A stretch of DNA of 64,000 bases, taken from a bacterium (lineage in GTDB: Bacteria; Patescibacteriota; Minisyncoccia; JAUYLV01). The notes beneath the pieces are model-generated. The model searched no databases. It saw only the letters and a program-made list of their open reading frames with translations, and was not told the DNA's origin. The stretch is from contig JAUSGO010000016.1 of NCBI GenBank assembly GCA_030649025.1, positions 4,851-68,850 of the forward strand. The letters are read 5' to 3'. Below are positions 17,199 to 25,505 of this stretch, in pieces (position 1 is the stretch's first letter; the number at the start of each line of letters is the position of its first letter). Made by a program: the position numbers and the translations under genes.

Positions 17199-18212
17199 TT
17201 AGTGTGCGCCTCCAAATTCGTGATATCCCCGCAAGGCAAGCCCCAGCGCCGTTGTGTAGCCAAGGGAATCTTTAAAGGGAAGCATCGGAACTTCGCGAAG
17301 AGGGGGGCGTAAAATATTTACCCAGGGATTCGCCAATAGAACGGCGATCTCCGCTTCCTGCGCAAGAGCGGCGGTAAAACCCGGGGTTTGCACGAAATCT
17401 CCACAAACAAGAATTTGTTTTACCTCTACGTGCAATTGGTGCGCATGCGCCGAATGAGTCTGAAAAAAATCGATATACTGGCGCGCGTATCCGGCAAGCG
17501 CTTTTATTGTCACTCCCATAGAAGAACTTGTGATATCCTTTCCCGCGATGGAGACGGAAGCGGTAAAACGCACCATGGAACCGGCATAAATAATGAATGT
17601 CGTCCGATGGTGCGCCACGTCAATGATCAATAAAATTTCCTCGCCGCCCGTCGGGGGAACGATGCTTCTGGCGGAGGAGAGAGCATCGACTTCAAATGCA
17701 ACGGGCTTAAGGCCGACTTTTTCAAAAAGTGCGGCATAGCTATCCACCAAAACCTTTGGAGAGGCGGCCACAAGAATATCAAGGTGGTCATCGCCACTAT
17801 GCCGAGCAATCTCCCAATCATAATAGACCTCGGCCAGAGGTAGCGGGATGTTCGCCTCAATCTCCCAAATAATCGCCTGGGTGATTTCTTCGGAAGCCAT
17901 CTTGGGTAATTGTACGATACGGATGAAACTTTGGGGTTCCGGCAAAGACGCCATAACATACTTTGTGCGGATACTTCCTCCCTTGGCAGTCGTCAAAGCC
18001 TCTTGCAGGGCTGCTATGGTTTTTGGCACGTCGGTTATGGTGCCGTTCACCACCGCGCCTTCTTGAAGCGTCACGGCGGAGAAGCCTGCCAGCGTCAAAG
18101 AACCTCTTTCTTCTTTAAGATACGCGAGACGTATGCTGTGATCGGATATATCACATCCAAACGCCGACGGACGAACTTTAAATAATTTTTCGAAATGATT
18201 CAAAATTGCCAT
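17199..18212 (-). CDS. pilM: Type IV pilus assembly ATPase-fold protein PilM (actin-like)
   Basis: 337 aa; actin/FtsA-like fold motifs, ends ...TALGLALRG as in PilM; first gene of the pilMNO operon. Confidence 0.85.
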   Translation of the reverse strand: MAILNHFEKLFKVRPSAFGCDISDHSIRLAYLKEERGSLTLAGFSAVTLQEGAVVNGTITDVPKTIAALQEALTTAKGGSIRTKYVMASLPEPQSFIRIVQLPKMASEEITQAIIWEIEANIPLPLAEVYYDWEIARHSGDDHLDILVAASPKVLVDSYAALFEKVGLKPVAFEVDALSSARSIVPPTGGEEILLIIDVAHHRTTFIIYAGSMVRFTASVSIAGKDITSSSMGVTIKALAGYARQYIDFFQTHSAHAHQLHVEVKQILVCGDFVQTPGFTAALAQEAEIAVLLANPWVNILRPPLREVPMLPFKDSLGYTTALGLALRGYHEFGGAH

Positions 18213-18447
18213 ATATTTTCCTCTTCAAGGTTTTGTCATCGGCGAGTCTTGGTGCGCCTCTTGAGCGGTTTAGCGAAGTACGGGCAACAGAAATATGACC
18301 ATGCGCTTTCCTTTATATTATTTCTCAAGATTTGTTACGACAAAGCTTGCTGATTTTTCGAAACTCAAGGGGGAGTCAACCCTTTACCAATGAGGGGGTT
18401 GGAACGGTGTTCCTGGGCGTCTTTCCATACATTGGAAACATGGTAGA

Positions 18448-18540
18448 CGCCCATGAAATGGTCTCCCAGACCATTTCACCCCCCTTGGGCGATATGCTCC
18501 GGTGGAGCATATCGCGGGCAACTGCGATGTTTCTTGAAAA
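18448..18540 (-). repeat. Copy D (minus orientation) of dispersed structured element: TTTTCAAGAAACATCGCAGTTGCCCGC + hairpin GATATGCTCCACCGGAGCATATC + GCCC + hairpin TGAAATGGTCTGGGAGACCATTTCA
   Basis: Collinear with copy B but with compensatory substitutions in both stems; extra partial plus-orientation copies abut it (18427-18453, 18533-18560); in the 380-bp pilM upstream region. Confidence 0.55.
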
Positions 18541-18592
18541 TGTTCGGTTGCCCAGGGGGAGAAAAATCGGCAAGCGACGAGTAACAAATCTG

Positions 18593-21526
18593 CTACTCCA
18601 CCTCTCTCCATTTCTGTATCACCCAGCTTGCGCCAGGACCCGAGGAGAACTGCGCATTGGCCAAGCCCTGTTGATAGGTGATGGTTGCCGTCTGACTTAA
18701 TTGAAGCTTATACGATGTAAGTTCCGTTGCCGAGACGCCATTATGAAGATAGATGAGGCCGCTGGACGCATAAAAAATTGCTCCATCGGCGTTGTTGAGC
18801 AGGTCGATAGCCGAATCGTGGTCGGTACAATTGCCTGCCGGCACGCCCGTACATGAAGAGGTGGTGAGCAACATCAAATAACTGCCGCTCTGCCCCGAAC
18901 CCCGAAAAGTACCGTTGTTGGCAACATGTATCCATTCGTCGGCAAGCACCGCTCCGCTCAACGAACCGTATCCCGCATCAAGCTGAATGGTCGAGCCGTT
19001 CGAAATATCAATGTATCCTTGCACATACACCGTGCCCTTGATGGTAAGCACCACGTTGTTTGTCGTGAGGATGAGATTGCCGTTGATGACCTTCGGACCA
19101 AGCGACGTGGAGGATCCCGGAGCGAAGTCTCCATTATACGTTCCGCCGCTAGCAGCATCCAGCTTCCACTGGTCGATCTGCCCCTGGGAAATAGGCATGT
19201 TTTGCGGAGGGGGATCTGCGGGAGGCGTGGTGGGCGTGGTGGTAACGCCGTTCACCGTACAGTTGCTGATACTATTATACGCCGCATCGCCCCCGATAGG
19301 CGAGGAACAATCCTCCAAGACATCCGTAAAAACGTCTCCGACGGCAGAGCTGTCAATAAAGATGGTGCTAAAAGCGCTGGAGGTGACGGTACTATTCTCA
19401 ATGCGGTGGGCATGCGCGTTTCCTCCGATATCCACGTTATCGATCTTTGTTTCTATGCCTCCCATGAATATTTGAAAATTGAGATCTCCGCCCGCATCCG
19501 TCCACACCGGACTTCCGGCATTCCAGCTCGGAGACCATTTGCCAAGACCGTAGGGATACCCATTCATCGTATCAATGCCCATCACCCAGTAATTTGAGTT
19601 ATCCTGGTTCGTATCAATAAGGAGCCAGTAGGTGGTGCCGGCGGTAAGCACGGGAGATGTAGCGAATGTCACATCGACCCAGGCGTAGGCTCCTGTCGCA
19701 AGATTTGCCGAAAGCGTTCCTGAAGCAAGCACGTCTCCGGGATTTTTCCCCGGGTCAGACCCGCTATTTGTGTTTATCTGCACTGTCGCATTCTGTGGAG
19801 AGCCGACTTTTCTGATATAGAGACGTATTTTGTTTATCGGCGCGGAGGTTGATGTTTGGAAGCTTTGCGCGATATCAACCTGGCTTTGGAGCGGCGTGCA
19901 GTTCGCATTGGCGCATCGGACAAAATTGAGATTATCTCCCGAAGCATCATTATACGAAGCGCGCCCAAATCCGTCCGAGCCCAGCGCAAGCGAGGTATAA
20001 AGACCCGTGTCGCCCGACGTGTCCGGAACCGCAATGGCTTTTGTTGAACAATCGGCATCGGTGCATCTGACGAATTTTATACTGCCGTTTGAGCCGTCGT
20101 AGGAGGTGATGCGGGCAAAGTCGTCTCCGCCCATCTTAATGGAACTGTACCGGCCCACATCACCACCGGAGTCCACGGCTGTAAGCACGCTGCCGGAACA
20201 ATTGTCATTCGTACAGCGGGCGAATTTCAGATTGTCGCTTGTATCGTCATAGTAGCTGATGCGCGCAAAGCCGTCCGTGCCAAGCGCAACAGAGGTGTGC
20301 CACGCGATCTCCGAAGCTGCATCCACGATGGCAATAATCGGGGAAGAGCAGTTGTTGTCGTTACAACGAGCGAATTTTAGGTCGTCAAGTGTCTGGTCAA
20401 TATAACTTATACGCGCCACGTTGTCCGAGCCAAGGACAAGAGCGGTGTACGTTCCCACATCATCTGCGGTATCGACCGCTCGAATGTTATTTGTGGTGCA
20501 ATCCACATCGATACATCGCGCAAATTTGAGATCGCCGTCGCTTACGCTGTAATACGCGATGGAAGCGAGATCGCCCGCATCAAGCACTATCGATGAAAAT
20601 TGCCCTACATCTCCGGTCGAATCCACCGTAGTGATATTCTTGGCTGTGCAGTCGGCGTTGGTGCAGCGGACGAATTTCAAGTTGCCGCCGGAATTATCAT
20701 AGTAGCTGATGCGCGCAAAACCGTCAGAGCCCAGAGCCAGCGAAGAGAATTGGCCTACGTCTCCGGAAGATTCAACAACCGTGATGTTCTTCGCGGTGCA
20801 GTCGACGTTGGTGCAGCGGACGAATTCAAGATCTTTGTCACTGTTGTCGTAGTCATAGTAGCTGATACGCGCAAAACCGTCAGAGCCCAGAGCTAGCGAA
20901 CTATGCTGTCCTGTCTTACCCGCCGTATCCACCGCGGTAACAACACTCCCCGTGGCAAGTCCAAAGAAAAAATCATCGTTATATGTTGTCCACTCCTGAT
21001 TGGGCGTACTTTGCGTGCCTCCAGCAACCCATGCGTCTCCTGTAATTTGGGCGCCCGCAAGTCCCGTAATATTCCCGTTTGAGTAGACATTGCCTACGAC
21101 CTTGCTGTTATTTTCCATAATAAGTCCCCCGTCACCGACCTGTACGCCGTAGTGGAATTCGACATCGGACGTGTTTTTGATAAGTCGCGCGGTAAGCCGC
21201 CTAATGTACGATGAAATATCTCCGGTTGAGGTGACGGACACATCGTTCCCGCCACCACCCGAAATGGTGACAACCGTACCGCCATTAAGCGCAAATGTCT
21301 CGCTTGAACTGTAGTTTTTGGCGAATTTTATGCGGTAGAGCACGTCCTCGAGACCCGATTCGCTTGTTACAATACTTTTAAGTGAACTGATCGTCTTGCG
21401 CGCGATGCGCTCATCGTTAAGCGACGAGAGTACCATAAGCGCCACCACAAAAAGCGAGACGGCAAATACAAGGATAATGATGGTTAATGACGCAAACCCA
21501 TTTCTTTTCTCCAAATCAATTACCAC
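18593..21526 (-). CDS. Large (977 aa) pseudopilin-like surface protein with seven tandem ~48-aa Cys-containing repeats (possible beta-propeller) and a long C-terminal domain
   Basis: N-terminus MVIDLEKRNG|FASLTIIILVFAVSL (pilin-like helix but no Glu+5); repeats such as SSLALGSDGFARISYYD..NLKFVRCTNADCTAKNIT at 19892-20941. Confidence 0.7.
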   Translation of the reverse strand: MVIDLEKRNGFASLTIIILVFAVSLFVVALMVLSSLNDERIARKTISSLKSIVTSESGLEDVLYRIKFAKNYSSSETFALNGGTVVTISGGGGNDVSVTSTGDISSYIRRLTARLIKNTSDVEFHYGVQVGDGGLIMENNSKVVGNVYSNGNITGLAGAQITGDAWVAGGTQSTPNQEWTTYNDDFFFGLATGSVVTAVDTAGKTGQHSSLALGSDGFARISYYDYDNSDKDLEFVRCTNVDCTAKNITVVESSGDVGQFSSLALGSDGFARISYYDNSGGNLKFVRCTNADCTAKNITTVDSTGDVGQFSSIVLDAGDLASIAYYSVSDGDLKFARCIDVDCTTNNIRAVDTADDVGTYTALVLGSDNVARISYIDQTLDDLKFARCNDNNCSSPIIAIVDAASEIAWHTSVALGTDGFARISYYDDTSDNLKFARCTNDNCSGSVLTAVDSGGDVGRYSSIKMGGDDFARITSYDGSNGSIKFVRCTDADCSTKAIAVPDTSGDTGLYTSLALGSDGFGRASYNDASGDNLNFVRCANANCTPLQSQVDIAQSFQTSTSAPINKIRLYIRKVGSPQNATVQINTNSGSDPGKNPGDVLASGTLSANLATGAYAWVDVTFATSPVLTAGTTYWLLIDTNQDNSNYWVMGIDTMNGYPYGLGKWSPSWNAGSPVWTDAGGDLNFQIFMGGIETKIDNVDIGGNAHAHRIENSTVTSSAFSTIFIDSSAVGDVFTDVLEDCSSPIGGDAAYNSISNCTVNGVTTTPTTPPADPPPQNMPISQGQIDQWKLDAASGGTYNGDFAPGSSTSLGPKVINGNLILTTNNVVLTIKGTVYVQGYIDISNGSTIQLDAGYGSLSGAVLADEWIHVANNGTFRGSGQSGSYLMLLTTSSCTGVPAGNCTDHDSAIDLLNNADGAIFYASSGLIYLHNGVSATELTSYKLQLSQTATITYQQGLANAQFSSGPGASWVIQKWREVE

Positions 21527-21530
21527 AATT

Positions 21531-21607
21531 TGCGAATTGCGGATTGCGGATTGCGGATTGAATTTCTGATAAATCCGTAATACGTAATACGTAATTCAGT
21601 AATTTGC
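21531..21607. promoter_or_regulatory. Array of 7-mer repeats with dyad symmetry (GCGAATTGCGGATTGCGGATTGCGGATTG ... AATCCGTAATACGTAATACGTAATTC) immediately upstream of the 977-aa gene
   Basis: GCGGATT x3 on the left and CCGTAAT/ACGTAAT on the right; related to the array at 7226-7277. Confidence 0.4.
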
Positions 21608-22237
21608 TCAATATCTGCGGAGTGTGACGGTCGTGGTTGCCGCAAATAAATCATTCTCGGATCCGCGAGAGAAGCGATGATGCGCGGAAAGCCCCACCCG
21701 CAGCGACTCCGACGTAGTTACCGGGTTAAGACGCACGATGCGGAACCCGTCTACCGTCACGCGATCGCTCGTAAGCGCTTTTGCATTCTCCGATTCTCGT
21801 TTTATGAACAATCTTCCGTTGTCAATATAAAAATCCACAAACGCTATGTCTTCCCCGGCCGGAGGGTTAATCGTTGTCTGCAGGGAGAGTTGAGACATAT
21901 TTGAATTAAAGATGCTTGTGGGAGCATAGACTGCGCTGGCGAACTTTCCTTCATACAGCATTGTATCCAGAGCGACGGCAACGCTTGAGACGACTTCGCG
22001 CGAACGCGCACTTTTATAGCCACCGGTCAGCAGTTGCACCACCAAACCCACAATAAGCACAGAAAGCATGAGAAAGAGTGCCAAATAAATGAGAATTTCG
22101 TAGAGCGTGAAACCCTTCTGTTGTTCGTTATACAACATGCTGCGCATAACGTTTATGGCGCGTCCTGTTTGCGGAACTTTTGATTTTTGCTGTATCATTT
22201 TGATCTTTTGGTTATCTTTGTAGTATACCACGCGCAC
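21608..22237 (-). CDS. Type IV pilin-like protein (minor pilin; true start probably an internal Met giving a short leader)
   Basis: Motif ...NEQQKG|FTLYEILIYLALFLMLSVLIV class III prepilin signal. Confidence 0.7.
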   Translation of the reverse strand: MRVVYYKDNQKIKMIQQKSKVPQTGRAINVMRSMLYNEQQKGFTLYEILIYLALFLMLSVLIVGLVVQLLTGGYKSARSREVVSSVAVALDTMLYEGKFASAVYAPTSIFNSNMSQLSLQTTINPPAGEDIAFVDFYIDNGRLFIKRESENAKALTSDRVTVDGFRIVRLNPVTTSESLRVGLSAHHRFSRGSENDLFAATTTVTLRRY

Positions 22238-22245
22238 CTGGCTTA

Positions 22246-22273
22246 TTCACAAGTAAAATTTTTCGTGTATACT
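22246..22273 (+). promoter_or_regulatory. Sigma70-like promoter (TTCACA -16 nt- TATACT) producing a probably leaderless mRNA for gene 22281-22778
   Basis: -10 hexamer ends 7 nt before the ATG at 22281; no Shine-Dalgarno sequence possible. Confidence 0.4.
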
Positions 22274-22280
22274 ATGCACC

Positions 22281-22778
22281 ATGCTCATTGGCGTACACAT
22301 TATCGTGGCTTCGGGGTTGGGTTCTCTGACGGAAAATCCCGCGATAGCCTTTGCCTTGGGAATTGCGAGCCATTTCATCGGAGACAAGATCCCCCATTGG
22401 GAATACTCTATTGCGCCTCTCGACGAGCTCAAACGCAAGTCCGTCGGCGAGAAACTTAGGACATGCCTGAAAAAAGATGTTTTTCGCGTATTGAGCTTCA
22501 TCGGGCTTGAAATCGGCGGCGCATTTGTGCTGGTTTTTGCGATAGTTCATTACGTTGCTCCGCAAGCTCATTTTCTTCCTGTTCTTGCGGGAGGATTTGG
22601 CGGCCTTCTGCCGGACGTACTCTGGGGGTTTGCCGATAATTCCAAAAACAAAATCCTTCAAGCCTATCGTCGCCTCCATCACGCCTCGCATACTAAAGCC
22701 GAGAATGTATCCCTTCGCCACGGCCTCATCTGGCAACTTGCCGCCGTAGCCATAGCCATTATTCTCCTGGACCGCTAA
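22281..22778 (+). CDS. Hypothetical polytopic membrane protein (possible membrane-bound metal-dependent hydrolase-like)
   Basis: 165 aa with several hydrophobic helices and an H..D..H patch (ASHFIGDKIPHWEY); has its own promoter and a bidirectional terminator; preferred over the overlapping minus-strand ORF. Confidence 0.45.
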   Translation: MLIGVHIIVASGLGSLTENPAIAFALGIASHFIGDKIPHWEYSIAPLDELKRKSVGEKLRTCLKKDVFRVLSFIGLEIGGAFVLVFAIVHYVAPQAHFLPVLAGGFGGLLPDVLWGFADNSKNKILQAYRRLHHASHTKAENVSLRHGLIWQLAAVAIAIILLDR

Positions 22779-22814
22779 GATCCTTCCCGAAAAACTCTCA
22801 ACATGCATTCTATC

Positions 22815-22842
22815 AAAAAGCTCCGACGACCTCGGAGCTTTT
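22815..22842. terminator. Bidirectional rho-independent terminator (GCTCCGA-CGACC-TCGGAGC flanked by A-run and T-run) between convergent genes
   Basis: Perfect 7-bp stem with AAAAA upstream and TTTT downstream. Confidence 0.6.
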
Positions 22843-22862
22843 CCGTATTATTGTCTACGATT

Positions 22863-24143
22863 CTACAGTTTAAGAAGCTTTCGAAATCCATTTTCCTCTT
22901 TTTGTTCAAATGGCCCCAACAGCACCCCGTTTAGACCGCTATTCTTGAAAATCTCTCCGGCTATACTTTGAACATCTGAGAAGCTGACCCTTTTGATACG
23001 TTCAATGATCTCATCCGGTTTACGAATCTGCTCCCGAACCGCTTCCTGCTCCCCAGCAAAAAACGCAAGCTCATCGGACGATTCCAGTCCCAGAAGAAGT
23101 TTTCCTTCCAGATAGTTTTTTGCCTTGCCGAGCTCATCTTCTCTCACGCCTTCATCGACTATTTTTTTATACTCCGCCAAAATAATACCCATCGCCTCCC
23201 CTGTCGCGTCTTTCTGCACGCCCACTTGCGTCACAAAATATCCCGAATCCGTGTAGAGATCGGATGTGGTTTGCACCGAGTAGGCAAGTCCGCGCTTTTC
23301 CCGTATCTCGGTGAATAGCCTGGAAGACGTCCCGCCGCCAAGAATGGTTGCAAGCACAGACAGCGCGTAGCGTTTTTCAGAGAACATGTCGCAGGAACGC
23401 ACGCCCACCATAAGATGCGTCTGTTCGGTCTGTTTGGAATGCAAGAGGAACTTCGGTTCGTCTTGCGTTTCTACAACCTTCGGCTTTGTTCCGGCTTGGC
23501 GATCGGAAAGGCCTCCAAAATATTTTTCCACGGTTTTTCCGATATTTTTTTCGTCAAATTTCCCCGATACGACCACGGTCGTGTTAGGGGCGGTGTAGTG
23601 CCCAGAAAGATATTCGGTAAAATCTTCCCTTCTCATGCGCGTGATATTCTCTTTTTCCCCGGCGATGGTCCAGCCGGCAGGTATATCACCGTACAAAAGC
23701 TTTTCCCACAGATCGCCGATATGCTGCATGGGCGTGTCCAGATGTATGTTGATCTCCTCAATAATAACACCACGCTCTTTTTCTATCTCTTCCTGTAAAA
23801 AAAGAGAGTGCTGGTAACTGTCGGAAAGCATGTCCAGTGCAAGTTCCAAATGTTCATCTGCGGCCTTCACGTAATAGCCGGTGTACTCCTTGCTCGTGAA
23901 CGCGTTATACTCGCTGCCGATGGAGTCCAGAAGCGTAGAGATGGTAAGCGCCGAGGGGCGCTTTTTCGTTCCCTTGAACATCATGTGCTCCAAAAAATGC
24001 GCTACGCCATTTGTTTCCTTGGTCTCATATTTAGACCCCGCGCCGACCATGACCAATGCGGTTACCGCCCGCGTGGTGTCCATGGGGATGGTAATAAGCC
24101 GAAGACCGTTTTTGAGAATAGCTTTGTTGAACATGATACTCAC
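22863..24143 (-). CDS. M16 family zinc peptidase (insulinase-like)
   Basis: Inverted zinc-binding motif HFLEHMMFKGT (HxxEH) near N-terminus; 426 aa; 4-nt overlap with glyQS. Confidence 0.9.
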   Translation of the reverse strand: MSIMFNKAILKNGLRLITIPMDTTRAVTALVMVGAGSKYETKETNGVAHFLEHMMFKGTKKRPSALTISTLLDSIGSEYNAFTSKEYTGYYVKAADEHLELALDMLSDSYQHSLFLQEEIEKERGVIIEEINIHLDTPMQHIGDLWEKLLYGDIPAGWTIAGEKENITRMRREDFTEYLSGHYTAPNTTVVVSGKFDEKNIGKTVEKYFGGLSDRQAGTKPKVVETQDEPKFLLHSKQTEQTHLMVGVRSCDMFSEKRYALSVLATILGGGTSSRLFTEIREKRGLAYSVQTTSDLYTDSGYFVTQVGVQKDATGEAMGIILAEYKKIVDEGVREDELGKAKNYLEGKLLLGLESSDELAFFAGEQEAVREQIRKPDEIIERIKRVSFSDVQSIAGEIFKNSGLNGVLLGPFEQKEENGFRKLLKL

Positions 24144-25501
24144 GCGAGCTTCTTTACGAGTAGTGCCTCAAGCTCCGCGATCTTCACCCGTTCCTGTTTC
24201 ATCGTATCCCGGTCGCGTAGAGTCACGGTTTTGTCCTCAAGCGACTGAAAATCGACGGTGATGCAAAAAGGAGTGCCTATTTCATCCTGCGCAAAGTATC
24301 GCTTTCCTACATTGCCACGTGGGTCCCAGGCCACCATGAAGTTTTTACGCAGACCGTCATACACAGACCGCGCAAGCTCCACTAGCTGGGGTTTATTTGC
24401 AAGAAGCGGGAAAACAGCGACTTTATACGGCGCAAGTTTCGGTGGGAGTTTCAGCCAAACACGTTTTTTATCTCCCTCGGAATCTTCTCGGTATGCGTCA
24501 ATCAAGGCCGCAAGCACCGAGCGGTCCACACCCCATGTCGGCTCGATCACATGCGGCCAAGAAGTCTGTCCCGTTTCCGCATCGCGATACGGCGCTTCTT
24601 TAAAATGATTCTTCAAATCAAAATCTCCCCGATAAGCAAGACCGTAAAGTTCGTCCCGTCCGAAAGGATAGTCATACTCAAAGTCTATGGTGCGCTTTGA
24701 ATAATGTGCGCGCTCACCATCCGGAACTTCAAGTTCGTGGATATGGCTATCCGCAAGCCCCAGATCATCCGTCATCCAGCTCCACATCTCTTTTTTCCAT
24801 GCTTCAAACCATTTCTTCCAATCTTTCTCTTCGACAAAGTATTCTATTTCCATCTGCTCAAATTCCCTGGTTCGGAAAATGAAATTTCCCGGCGTGATTT
24901 CATTGCGAAATGCTTTGCCGGTCTGTGCTATGCCGAACGGAAGGTGCCTGCGCGTCGTGTCCAACACCTGTTTAAAATCAACGAACATGGCCTGTGCCGT
25001 CTCGGGACGGAAAAAGACCTCGTTCGCTTTCTCTTCCGCGGGACCCAAAAATGTTTTGAGCATTAGGTTGAATTGGGTGGGGTCCGTGAAACTTTTCTCC
25101 GCATCGCAATTCGGACACTTTAACTCTCCCCGCTTCCGTTGGTGCAGGAGAAGATGGTCCACGCGAAATCGCGCGTGGCACTTTTTACATTCCACCAACG
25201 GGTCGGAGAAGTTCTGCAGATGCCCGCTTGCCTCCCACACTTTCGGATTCATGATAAGCGCCGCGTCAATGCCCACCATATCGTCTCGACGCTGAACAAA
25301 GCGTTTCCACCAAAGTTGCTTGATGTTATTTTTCAACTCTACCCCCATCGGGCCGTAATCCCAGGAATTAGCAAGTCCTCCATATATTTCACTTCCTGGA
25401 AAGACAAATCCCCGCCTTTTTGCAAGACTGGCGATCTTCGCCATGAGATCGTTTTGTTGTTCAGATTTTTTCATAGTCCAAGATATCCAAGCAGGAGACA
25501 A
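24140..25501 (-). CDS. glyQS: Glycyl-tRNA synthetase (class II, dimeric glyQS type)
   Basis: N-terminal IASLAKRRGFVFPGSEIYGGLANSWDYGPMGVELKNNI, class II motifs; 453 aa. Confidence 0.92.
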   Translation of the reverse strand: MSPAWISWTMKKSEQQNDLMAKIASLAKRRGFVFPGSEIYGGLANSWDYGPMGVELKNNIKQLWWKRFVQRRDDMVGIDAALIMNPKVWEASGHLQNFSDPLVECKKCHARFRVDHLLLHQRKRGELKCPNCDAEKSFTDPTQFNLMLKTFLGPAEEKANEVFFRPETAQAMFVDFKQVLDTTRRHLPFGIAQTGKAFRNEITPGNFIFRTREFEQMEIEYFVEEKDWKKWFEAWKKEMWSWMTDDLGLADSHIHELEVPDGERAHYSKRTIDFEYDYPFGRDELYGLAYRGDFDLKNHFKEAPYRDAETGQTSWPHVIEPTWGVDRSVLAALIDAYREDSEGDKKRVWLKLPPKLAPYKVAVFPLLANKPQLVELARSVYDGLRKNFMVAWDPRGNVGKRYFAQDEIGTPFCITVDFQSLEDKTVTLRDRDTMKQERVKIAELEALLVKKLA

Positions 25502-25505
25502 CGAA

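Noticed and set aside
18213-18592. tmRNA, RNase P RNA or SRP RNA in the pilM upstream spacer
   Set aside because: None of the conserved cores I know (RNase P GGAAAGUCCGGGCUCC/ACAGAAA, SRP domain IV GGAAGCAGCC, tmRNA tRNA-like ends) are present.
22272-22808. Minus-strand 178-aa ORF overlapping gene 22281-22778
   Set aside because: Its start lies 9 nt after a bidirectional terminator with no promoter or RBS. The plus-strand ORF has a promoter, hydrophobic membrane-protein character and a terminator.
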